Source of the DNA: Gonapodya sp. JEL0774
Taxonomy: Eukaryota
Assembly: GCA_027604505.1 (NCBI GenBank)
Contig: JADIIX010000014.1
Span: 124,001-188,000 of the forward strand
Direction: 5' to 3'
Length of the DNA: 64,000 bases
This document shows, piece after piece, positions 38,034 through 49,473 of the stretch. A program made the translations under genes and the position numbers. Numbering within the stretch: position 1 is the first letter of the stretch; every line of letters starts with the position of its first letter. The notes beneath the pieces are model-generated. The model made no database searches. It was not told the DNA's origin and worked only from the letters and a program-made list of their open reading frames with translations.

Positions 38034-40001
38034 AAGGATGAAGATTATGGACACCTTTTGTGGTGAGGGGAAGAAGCTGCACTTCGGGCACTCGACGCAA
38101 CACGTCCGCGCACCCTACACGCCGCATGCATGCACGCATTCCCATGCTGCTGTTTCCCGCACGCGCTCGCGTCTTTTTCGTCAGTTTTGAGTCGATCACG
38201 GTCGGGTCTTGTTCATCTTCCCGAGTTTTGTTTATGCGATACCAACATATATCCCATAGAGGTTTTTAGAGATTATATTACAACAATAATTAAAATAGAC
38301 TCATTCGATCTTATTTGCAAAGTTGCCTATTCGCGTTTTCGTCGCAGAGGTGGTTTCGTTTTCAATTAAAATGCATGGAACAAAATGGCCGTTCGCGATT
38401 GCACAATGATGTGCAGCATGTATCATTTATCATTTAATGTGGGCAAACCTAATAATGCCGAATGCAGTAAGCGGTCTGTTGTGCGGGTGACGTCAAGCAA
38501 ACAACGACAGAGCCACGACTGTGACTGCGAGCATGAAGCCCTGGCCTTCCAACGGGGTAAATTCACTTTGCATTGGGGTAAATATTTGCTGTTCAATGGA
38601 ACTCGACTTGTGTTTCCGACTCCGGGGGCGGCGAAAGTGACATACTGGGTGGGGAGGAAAGGCCGGACAAGCCACGTCGAAATCGGCAAACAGAACGAGT
38701 ACGGAAAAGTCCCATGAAAGTACGAGAGCGGGACTGAAATCAAATTGTCGCACTCAATCTGGTACAGAAGCTTTTGATAGCCATTGGATCTATCGTCTGA
38801 GACCACTGGGAAGACCAGCCAGGCATGGGGCAAAACGCCAGGACATCTGGCCCACCGGGTTGGCCACACCACAGACTAGTATAAATATCCACATGTATGT
38901 AGTGGAGACACTAACACTATACATACAAACACTCGAGACTACTACGTCCGGACCCACGGGACCGTCAAGGTTGCACTACAGCATGTCGAAACACTAAGTG
39001 AGGATTGTGGCTCCCCCCGCCCACAAAAGCGCCTCAAGTCACTAAAAAATACATTGTGAATAAAATACGCTGTCAAAGTGGCGAGATTGAGTGACAGTGT
39101 TGTGCGGTCGGGTTGGGCAGCGTTGCCCACCTGGACACCCGGTTTCTGCAACGCTCTCACACAAAACTCAAGCATTTTGTATGGTTTTCATCTCGTTGTG
39201 TTGTGCTACGTATAAATTTAGGATTCTTTGCGTTCAAAGCTGGATGTGGGAGTTCGTTGTGTGGAACCACGCCTCTCAACAAACATGTATTGTTGCGATT
39301 CTGATGAACATCTATACAAATTTGATATCTATTGATATCTAAATTTCTCGTGTGCTTGGAAAAGGCAGTGTGTTGCGATCCAACTGACGTCACCCCCGAT
39401 GGAGGAATGTTTGAGTGAGTGGGCGGACAACAGATCTCGTGATTTTGGACAGAGGTACACAGGAATTCAGTACGAGCAATAAACCAACGATTGCTTTTGA
39501 GATTCTTAATTGATGGAAGGGCTCTTCAGTTCCCCGTGGACGATCATGTTTTCGGTTGCTCGTGTGGGAACTTGCCGAGCCCAGCATCGATCTGCAAGTT
39601 TCAAAGTCTCTGCCCCACATTCGTCCGAAATAAATACATCTTTGTTCATTTTTTTCATTCTTGTTGCATCTGAACGAGGTGAGCAATGATACCGGGCACG
39701 GATCATTATTATTCTGTATGACTTCATTTGTGCGATTGTTGCTTCGTTACACAGTAGTATCGGAGAAGCGCGCGGATAACAAATGACTTGAAACTGTGTT
39801 GAATTTTCTGGTGTTTGGGCACTGCGACCGCTTTCGTTGCCCCTTTCGTTTTTCGCTTTGATTTCTCGCAATGAAACATCGTAACGTTCGCCTCCTTCGT
39901 CGAACGTTTCACATCCTCCTGTCGTGCGCGCCCCGTTGGGCAGGTGACTTTCGCCGAGTCGCCTACCCGCACTGACACCGGCGACCGCCGAATTCCACTC
40001 C

Positions 40002-41343
40002 ATGGCATCCGCCACGCTTCCCCTACCTCCCATCAAATCCCCCTCACCACCCATCTCCATGTCCGCCGACTCTTTCCTGTCTTCGAGACCGACGACACCC
40101 CGCCGTCTGAACCCAATTGCCACGGCCCCCGCTCTCCCTCCACCCACGCACGATTCAGACTCTGTCTCGATCGCATCGTTGGCACGGAGGATCGCGTCCT
40201 TGGAGACCGAATCGCGCGCATGTAGGAGGTCGTTGGCGCGGCTGGAGGCGTGGCAAGGGGAACATGCCAGTCAAGAAGGACGTTCTCGTTCTGGACCTGA
40301 AATGCCCCCGTGCCGATGTTGCCATCGTGACCATGACGGTGATGATGGTGATGACGGTGATGAAGGTGATGGGCTGGAATCACGTCTGGACGCTCTAGAA
40401 CACATTGTCGGGGAAATGGCCAGACAGAGCCTTGCAGGACCAGCAGGACCAACACCTGCGGGTCAGCAGTCGCGCCCAGGGTACGATCCGTCTCGTCTCG
40501 TCCATCTTCTTCACCGACTGAACGAACTGGAAGACCTCGGTGCACCCGCTCTCGCCATCACAGTGTACGCAGACGGATACTTCCTGGGCTCCCCAGTCTC
40601 AGCTTTCCACGAAATGGGATCCCCCGAGGCCCTCGCCTTCGAAATTGATCTGGTGGACAGCTTCACGCCGTGGTGCCTCAGCGCCGTGTTCCCCGACGGG
40701 TGTCGGTTCGAGGTCAAGGACGAGCGTGGTGTGAGGTTCGGTGGAGCGTGGCGCGCTGGGAGTGGACGGCGGAAAGCAGGATCTGGGAGGAGACGGGGCG
40801 CTGGTGCTGCTGGGCGGGACGGTGTGCGAGTGCAGACGATCCACACGCTCGTATCCGCTGTTAGAGGCGGCGACGCTCGAAAGGAAATAGAGACCACGGA
40901 CGACACACCGACCAATGAAATGAAAATGTCAGTCAAGACATGGTCTCAGCCAGAGGACGGCGCTCCCAATCCCGTGCACGTCGACCTGCGACCTTCCCCG
41001 TCGCCGCTCCCACCCGCATCGGACACGACGGCGACAGCCAGAGTTCTCGTCAAAGCCTCAAACCTGACGTGTGAGATTGTCGCAGACGCAAATTCGACCG
41101 TAGGGGATCTCAAGGCGGCTCTGGTGGCCCGAAACAGGTGAGGAACGAGGCGAGGTTTGGGTTTGGACACGTACGGCACACTTTCACGCCGGAAAGCTGA
41201 CCACACTTTATTCTAACAGCTCTCTCGATGGCAAAACGTTTTTGCTCAGGCCACCACTCGGGGCACCTGCTCTTCGGAACGAAGCGACGCTGGAGGAGGC
41301 AGGGTGTGTGCCTGGGATCGTAGTTCACCTCGTTCAAATGTAA
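40002..41343 (+). CDS. UBX domain protein 11 (Socius)-like p97/Cdc48 cofactor: coiled coil + SEP + UBX, two exons
   Basis: Coiled coil LARRIASLETESRACRRSLARLEAW; SEP-like ITVYADGYFL..F..DLVDSFTPWCLSAVFPDGCRFEVKDER; UBX-like ANSTVGDLKAAL...EATLEEAGCVPGIVVHL. Confidence 0.72.
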
Positions 41344-41859
41344 TATGAATATTATGAAATGAGGCTGCTTTTTTTGTTGTGGTGTGTTGAGTGTTGGTTC
41401 TGAAGCAGACGTCGTTCGAAGAAGCTTGGGGGCACTTGAGACAGAGAACGGAGAGTTGGACCCATCTTCGTTGATAAATTTTCCGAGAGGACTTCAGCTT
41501 TACTGTAACTCGAACGTTTTTCTTTCTTTGGTGGCATGAAGTTTGTTGCTTCCGGCTCGTCTATTTGCTCACCGCCGGACGTACTGTGGTGGACCTGAAC
41601 TGGGAGATGAGGGGGGATTGTGCGCAGCTGTGGCCAGCCCAAGGTCGCCACCGCATGATCATCTATCCACAGACTACATCTCGTCTACCTCGCTCCTGTC
41701 CTATCCGGTGCCAGTCTACCACAATTGGGGGGACGACCGTATCGAATTCTGGGCTTGTTCGCGAATTTCTTGCGTTCCCTCACATTCCCCTTTTCTCTGC
41801 CATCTTTGGGCGTCAACGCCAATTCTCGTGAACGATGGATGACGCTTGTACCTCGTGTG

Positions 41860-42720
41860 GTACCTTTCTCCCTGGTACTTGTAGCTGTCCCTGTAGGGAT
41901 CAGCATATGTGCAGTTGGTAAGCCTGCACAAGTGGTGTCTGTGGGTGGGGTATGTGCACAACTGCACATGTGCAAGATATGGTGAGGGGCGGGTGTGACA
42001 GAACGGGTCCATGTGTGAAGGTTTAGCTGCATAGATAGTGAATATATTCTACACCTCGAACACCATCATACGCTCCCCCCCCCTTCTATTCATCCTGTGC
42101 AGTCCTCTACAGGGGGAGGGGGTTCAGGTGTGGTATTCCCCTAGGCTTCTTTCCATCATTCTGTAATTTCTATTGCTCATTGTGTTTGTGCATGCGGTGG
42201 TGTCTACCTCTTGCTATCCCACCTCCATGTCTCTCTTTGTCTGGGCAGAACTTGGGGGTCCAGTTTGCGGGGCCTTGTATGTGTATTATGTACGGTTGTG
42301 AATCTCTGTTGGGGATATTGTGGGTGGAGGATAATGATGGGGTGGGGAGGAGGTGGTTGGGGCACTCTGTTGTGTTGAGAATGAGTGGGGTGCTGGGGGC
42401 GGCATGAGGTATCAGGTATGTTTGTACCCGCTGTTTGGTACATCACAGCATATCCCCCATATCCCTGAGATTGTTGTGGCTGTGCACAGCTGCTCAGTAG
42501 CGCCTGTCCACCTCTGGAAATGTATCAAGGCCCTCTCTCACGTGTGGGGTTAGACACGACGTTGGGGTCAGACATGATGCATTCAAACTGTGTGCTCGAG
42601 GGATTTGACACCTGGCGCACGTAAATATGTATGCAGGGGGTGTGCTGCCCAAATTTCGTGAGAAACGGAGTCTAGAGTGAGTAGTTGTGGGTCAGTTTAG
42701 GGTTGGGGACCATGTGTGGT
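41860..42720. mobile_element. Probable degenerate (methylation-eroded) repeat or transposon relic
   Basis: Non-coding, roughly one CpG per 60 nt by eye versus several per 60 nt in flanking genes, rich in TG/CA; no intact ORF or terminal repeat identified. Confidence 0.4.
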
Positions 42721-43360
42721 GTGGGTTTTGAGATGTCCCACGATCAACGTTTTGCGGGACCAGGAATGTTGAGAGAGCAAGATGGGGGCGAGTTGAATTC
42801 GCCGGTGCTCGTGGGATTCGACGGTTAGCGGGTGAAGGGTGGATGTGACGGGGTGAGCCTTCCAAACGAAGGGACGAGTGGGGAAGGGGAACCAAACGCA
42901 CGAGCGAGCTCAGATTTAAGATCCTCGCTCAAGAACTCTACTGAATATGCAGTTATTCCACGGGGCGAATGCCAGGAGCAGATTGGGAGTCTGGCCGGTT
43001 ACAGTGGGTATCTCGTTCGGGGCTCAGTACAACAACCACTAAGGAAGCGGCAGCTATTTTAAGCCGCATCTGGGCCGCTGCACGTTGCTCCTACTCCGTT
43101 CGCGTATCTCGACTCGGGCTTGGGGAGGGGGGGTGGGTTGTGTGTTTGCTCATCATCATGTCAGCGACTTTGAAGCCACGGCGAAGATGGAGAAGAGGCG
43201 GGGGAGGTCGAAATTTCCGGCTATGATTTAGATAGAAAGAGGGTATTTGCGATTGCGCTTTCATTGTTGTTGGTGTATTGTAGTTGTGGAAATTATTGCA
43301 AGTCAACTTCTGTCCGCCAGCTGCAGGCTCCCACACCACAATCGAACATCAAACCTCCTG

Positions 43361-46300
43361 ATGGCAGGTTCTGCTAACGGGGTCCCTCAGCGAGATGGAC
43401 GGCCGTTTATTGCTTTTCCGGAATGGACCGAGCAGGACATCGCGGTACGTTTCTGCAGCCTTCTCGACGCCGAAACCTAGTTACGCACATGCAAACTGGT
43501 AACCCGCCGATCTAAATCCGTTGTTCGTCCTGCGTCTACGCTCGACATCATCAATTTCCTGCGATTTATTTGCCGGTTTGGCCCCTGGATCCGCCGCAAT
43601 TTCAATGAATTGTAGGGGGAGAAGTGGGCGACAAAGCACCCCTTCGAGGATACTCATCCGGTGCTTCCAGGCACCTTACGTGGTCAAATTGATTCCTACA
43701 AGCGAATTGTGGACTTTATTCAGGATCCGCAGCTGCAGCCGTTGATTGTAGTAGCTCAACCGCAAGAAGACCTGTATGGTGGCACTGTGCCGAGACCGCC
43801 GTCGCGCGGTGCAGGTGGTTCTTTGTCCTCAACTGATGGAGGTCTACCGGAAACAGACATTGTAGTGCCTATTGGCACTCCGAATCCATCGCAACCTGCT
43901 ACTCCCGCAGCACCACATCGACCCGGCTCGGCCAAGTCTCAGCCGGCTGTTCCCACTGTCACGTCCACTGTGACTCCTGACACGCCCACTGATTCCTCGG
44001 GCACCCGTCCCAACTCAGCAGGTACTCGACCCGCCAGCTCGCCGGACGCGGAACTCTCGGTCGCATGTTCTCGTTTCTTTGTCGCGAACGGGCACCTTCT
44101 CTCTTCTCCCCTCATGCGTTCCTTTCTTTCTGCGTTCTCCTTTCTTCTCGATCAACATCGCCAACTTCGTGCTGCTGCCGTAGCTGCAGGGATCGGAATT
44201 GGTGCACCAGGGACGGCTTTGGTTTGTCCCGCGTTGGATGATCCTTCGTCAGCACCGTGGGACCGCATATACCCGAAGGGCAAGGATGGCTTACCTTCGT
44301 ACAACAGCTCTGGAAAGTATGCTGTAAAGCTTTATCACTTGGGCGCGTGGAGAAAAATTGTGGTGGATGATCGGGTTCCAGTGGACGCAAAGGGGAAGCC
44401 CCTCCTAATCAGGGCACCGACTGTAAACGAAGCATGGCCTGCGATTCTCTGCAAAGCGATGTTGAAGGTGGCTGCAGCAAGGTGGGTTGAAGGGAGAGGG
44501 CGCTGGTTGCAATGCTGCTAGTCCATTTCTTACATTTCTCTTCCTCCCACCAGCTACCGTGAATCTGATCCCTTGACCGAGTCTTCTGATTTCCATCCTC
44601 TACACTGTCTCACTTCTCACCTGCCTGAACGCATTCGCACCTCCGTTGATCCGGCAAACCTCTGGACCCACCTGTGCTCTCTTCAACTTCGCCCTGTTTT
44701 GAGGCCATCGACGAGCGGTGCAGGCTCATTGATGAGCACGGCTGGTACCTTACCAGCCGCCAGCATGCAAGCACTTGCTGGTAAATCAACGACCAAGGTT
44801 GATACAGCGGGGGCCACCAAGGTTGCCCCCGGACCAGTGCCGGGTGCTGGTGGACCATCGTTCGTGACGGTGTGGGCCTACAAGCACACTACTTCTTCTG
44901 TACGACCAACAGAGGTCAAAGCTGGAGGAAATATTCCAACCTCCCCAACCGTAGTGGATCCAACGCACCTTCCTTTCCCTTTCCGCGTCGTCGAAGTGCG
45001 CGAGAGTGCCCAGTCCTCTCCGTTACCGGGAATATCCGAATCTGTATCATCTGTTGCGTCAATGAGTCCGCCTCCCCTTGGATTGCCCCCCTCTGGAAAG
45101 TCAGTGCGAGTACGGGCATATTTCGCATGCTGGTATGCGTTGGAGAGCGTACTGTTATCGCGTTCGTCGGCGAGTGCTAATTATTTCGCCGATTACTTGT
45201 CCTCTCATTGACTTATCGTAATTGAAAACCATGCAACTCCAAGCCGTGACGCTTCGGGTCGACTTCGCTCCCCTTCATCGTTGCGTCCAAAGGTTGCAGA
45301 AGATCCCCCAGACGGTGCCCTCGACGGCTCAGAGCACTGGATTTCGTGGAGCGACTTTTGCCGAAGTTTTCGGTAAGCTTTATCATGCGCGGTTGACGTT
45401 TATCGTCGCCTGGGCTTCGATTCTCCCCCTCTACCACCTGAACGATGCGTCTGTCAACGGAAATAGACACATCGAAGTACTTCAGAGTCCCACGAACTTC
45501 AAATTTTTGAAGCAAGTCGCCTATATTCCAGATCCAGCAAAGCCCCAAGACGCGGTTAAAATAACTCCGGTACTCTGTGAGTTTGCAACAGATAAAATTT
45601 TGGACGCTATCATCATCAGTTTGCTTCGTGAATCCGACGTTTTGATTCCTCCCAGACATTCCAGATGATTCTCGAGAAGCTTTCATAGTTGTGTGCGTAT
45701 CATCTGTTGCGAGGTCTGGCGGATCTCGAATGCGGCAGCCGTGCGCGGTGGATTTTGGCCGCTACTCTTGGCGGGAGCCTTGTAGAGAGTCCACCACTCT
45801 CAGAATTTCAACTGGTGGAACATCGTGCAGATTGTTTAGAATACCTTCTGGGTGAGTGATGATTTTCTCAGCCATCGTGACGTATGAGGACCCGTCTAAG
45901 CTTGGATTGTGTCTCAAAGCCTTGTCGCGTACAAGCTCCATGTCGATTGTTCAACAGCATACTGCGTGACTCTCGCCTCTAATGAGGAATTCATTGTAGA
46001 CGATGAAGCACGGTACCTTCAGGACAAACTTGGACTCAAAGTCAAGGACGTGGACGAAACTCTACCTGCCACACTTGGTGGATGCTGGACTGTACTGTTC
46101 AAGTGCGATCTTGAAATGTTCCACTGGTACTAGGGCCGGCTAATCATCAGTCTTTGGGGCCACGTTGTGAATCATCAACAGGTTCCCCTTTCGATGTCAA
46201 CAAACCAGTTTCTTCGCGGCAAGTGTCCACATGGCCGAATCGCTTCAGCATGCAGCGGCACTTCGGGTAGTGGACAATGACACAGGTAAGGAGATGCCGG

Positions 46301-47836
46301 GAGCAATACAAAATGCTCATGCCAGGACGTACTTGCCGAACAAAGTGAGTCTAGAAGCGTCCGCGAGCACTCGTGTGGAATAGTAACGCAACTGCCACTA
46401 TCAGAATGGGTATACCCTTCTTGCAGACTGCAAGTACCCTCCCGTCCACCCTGCTTGCAAGTGGAAGCTTCGTCTCATCGCAGAGGCAAGCGTAATACCT
46501 TTGTTTGACCGAGTTCCGAATGAATTGGCGCTTAAAGCGACAATACAGGACTTTGAAGAAGTATTTGTGCCGAACCGACATAGTGTCTTGTTTAGGTGAA
46601 TATTGAATTTCGAAAGCTTTCGCAGCGTTCTGTTCGTAATTCGCTTCGTTTGACCTTTAGGTCGATATTGAAAATCAAGGACGCGCCAGAGAACATCATC
46701 TCTGCGCAACTCATGTTTGAGCACCAGGGCCTCTCAGTACAGCTTCAGCTGTTCGATAACGAAGTGGAGATTTACAGCGCCAAAGGAAGGGGGTGCGCCA
46801 TAATTTATGCAGCGACCCTGCAACGAGTAGACGAAACCCCCGCTACTGTCTCTGCGGGAGGGAAAGATGCGAAGCTGAACGCTGCAGAGGTTAAGCACGT
46901 GACCAAATCATCCGTGAGTTCTCTTGTCTTGCGTTCGATTGTGATCGCATCATGGGTTTCATCGGTTCGCTTTCTTGATTCTCCCAGCACAAGTATATCA
47001 TTCAGGGAACCGTTGAGGCGGCTGACTGGTCTAAACTATTTCCTTCCTCATCCGCTAATGCGTCGTCAGACGTTGGCCGTCCTTCATCGTCCCGAAACAC
47101 CAAGATCACAAGCTCAGCGAAAAAGAAGAAGGGTTCCGAAGCAGCCCCAAACGTGAGCGCTTCGGCGGCACCAGTCACAAGCGTTGGGAGCGAGCTGACG
47201 TGGAAGCTCCGTCTGGTATCTTCAGAGGGTGCATCACTTTCCCTAGCGAAAGACACGGAACAAGAAGACAGGTACAGAGCAATCAAGGACTCATGGGAGC
47301 TGAAGACACCAGGCCGGGCTCAGAAAGCTCGCGAACTGCGAGAGCAGTACCTCAAGCAAACGGACGTTAACCTGCCAGTTTCGAACACCGGTTCTCTTGC
47401 CCGGCCAATTGGAAGCTTCAAGGATCAGAGTCCCGGAATGAAGCTGAAAGCGCCGACACAAGAGTCGTCGGAAAGCGGAGTTATTCCGCGAGTCCTCACC
47501 CCTGAAGAAAAGAGCCAACGGGAAGCAGAACGGATGGCACTATTTGCAGAATTCGAGCAGAGTAGGGACGCACTCTTGCGAGCGCGGCCAATTGACCGTG
47601 AAAGGAGAGCGTTGCTCAAGCAGCTCCAGATTCAAAAGCTGGAGGAGAAGCGACTCGAGGTCGATAAACTACGGGAAATCGATATGAAGCGAAGGGAAGA
47701 GTATCTGACGGCTCTTGCGCGAGCTGTAGAAGAGTGGAATGTGAGAAAATTGGAATTGGGCCGACTGGCTGCGGACGCGGCTTCGGCGATGGCAGATGAG
47801 GAAGAGAGAGGGAAGGCCAAGAAGAAAACTAAATAG
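43361..47836 (+). CDS. ADGB: Androglobin-like protein (calpain-like domain + C-terminal domains, no globin/IQ module), multi-exon
   Basis: FPEWTEQDIA/GEKW..HPFED; PWDRIYP...PSYNSSGKYAVKLYHLGAWRKIVVDDRVP..EAWPAILCKAMLK; WISWSDFCRSF; VVDNDT..NK/NGYTLLA..KWKLRLI; HKYIIQG; WKLRLVS...KDTEQEDRYRAIKDSWELKTPGRAQKA; terminal coiled coil; all colinear with ADGB as recalled. Confidence 0.88.
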
Positions 47837-47983
47837 TATGATTTGCGATTTATTTTAATTATATTCTCAAACTCTTGCATGAGTGATGTCATAGGGGACT
47901 TTTGCGCCGAGTATGGTGCTGCCAACCCACCTTTGTGTCCCAATCACTCCCCCACGCGTTTCGCCAGCAACCCCTCATCAACC

Positions 47984-49308
47984 ATGTCATCGACTCAAAC
48001 CAAAGAGCAGACGCAACCTGCAACGATCACTAATGGTCGTCGATCGTCATCCAAGAAGCACAGGTCGTCAATTGGACAGGACTCATCGGAGTCGATTCTG
48101 AAAGGGCGGATTGGGAACCTGGTGCGATCCTACGTCTGATGCTGATCATGGTACCCATAACGACACGACTCTGAGCACGAATTACTATGTATATTAAGAC
48201 TCCGGAGCAGCAAGCGGCTCTGAATGAGTTCAAGGACAGTCTAAAGGTGGGAACGGATGTCGGACGGGACCAGGTCATCATTAGCCATGTCTGACTAAAC
48301 GTTGGCGTCTAACTCGAAAGGCCGACAATCTATATGATTCTGATTTCATGGATGATCACACGTTGCTTCGATTTTTGCGGGCAAGGCGGTTTGATGTTGC
48401 GAAGACGAAGTTGATGTTCGTCCACTTTTTGAACTGGAGGAAGGAGTTCAAAGTGGAAGAGATATACAAAACATTCGTTTACACGGAAAAAGCTGAAGTG
48501 GCGGCCTTTTATCCTCGCTACTATCACAAGCAGGTGTGTGAATGTGTGGTGGGTCTCTGTTCTGAGTCTCCCACTTACAAATCGTTGGTAGGACAAGGAT
48601 GGGAGGCCCTTGTGGATTGAGCATCTTGGCCGATTGAGCACAAAGGAAGTTTTCAAAGCGACGACAGAGGAACGATTCATGCAGAACCATGTTCTGGAGT
48701 TTGAGAAGTTCTTGAGACAACGGCTGCCGGCCTGCTCGTATAGGGCAGGCAAACATATCGAGCAATCATGTACCATATTGGACCTCAAGGGGGTATCCCT
48801 CTCGCACTTCCCGCAAGCGACAGCCATTGTAAAGAAAATCAGCGCGATTTCCCAGGACTATTATCCGGAGACACTGGGAAAGATGTACATCGTAAACGCA
48901 CCTGTGCTTTTCAGTGGATGCTGGAGTGTCATTAAGCACTTTTTGGACGAGGTGCGTTGTCCATGACGGATTTGTTTGCTCTATGAGTTCCAGCAACACA
49001 CAGATTCTCTTCAGAACACCGTCGCCAAAATACATATCTACTCCTCAAATTACAAAGAGGCGCTTCTTAGTCATATTCCCGCGGAGAACTTACCGGTAGA
49101 GCTTGGGGGGACCTGCAATTGCCAGGGGGGTTGTCGAACCTCCGATGCGGGCCCATGGAAAGAGGTTCGATATTCATCTCTGCCGTAATTGCGTAGGTTC
49201 CTGATGACTGAAATTTAAACCCTTCTCCTTTAGATCAATGAAGAAGATTGGGAAAAGGCGAAGGAGTTCCATCGGAGAGACACGGCAACGCAACTCAAGA
49301 CAAATTAA
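47984..49308 (+). CDS. SEC14: Sec14 phosphatidylinositol/phosphatidylcholine transfer protein (CRAL-TRIO), multi-exon
   Basis: GRIGNL/TPEQQAALNEF; DDHTLLRFLRARRFDV; YPRYYHK/DKDGRP; RLPACS..IEQSCTILDLKGV; QDYYPETLGKMYIVNAP; IPAENLPVELGGTCNC..SDAGPW. Confidence 0.95.
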
Positions 49309-49473
49309 GATAGATCTTTTTGTTGATATAATAATGTAACATTGATGCATTGAAAAATTGCTGAGAAACGCTGAGAAACATGGTTGATTCGCCGATCAAT
49401 TGAACTGGCGCAATGGGGCAGGGGTGGATTCAGCTCTTCCCGTTCGAAAGGTCCAGCATTGGGACTGATCTTA

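Noticed and set aside
38385..38872. Overlapping 110-149 aa ORFs on both strands in the spacer
   Set aside because: No recognisable domain or splice structure; likely chance ORFs.
42694..42706. TTTAGGGTT telomere-like unit
   Set aside because: Single copy, expected by chance.
42720..43360. Search for RFX X-box upstream of ADGB and other ciliary genes
   Set aside because: Only half-sites such as GTTGC seen; no full GTYNCY-AT-RGNAAC match.
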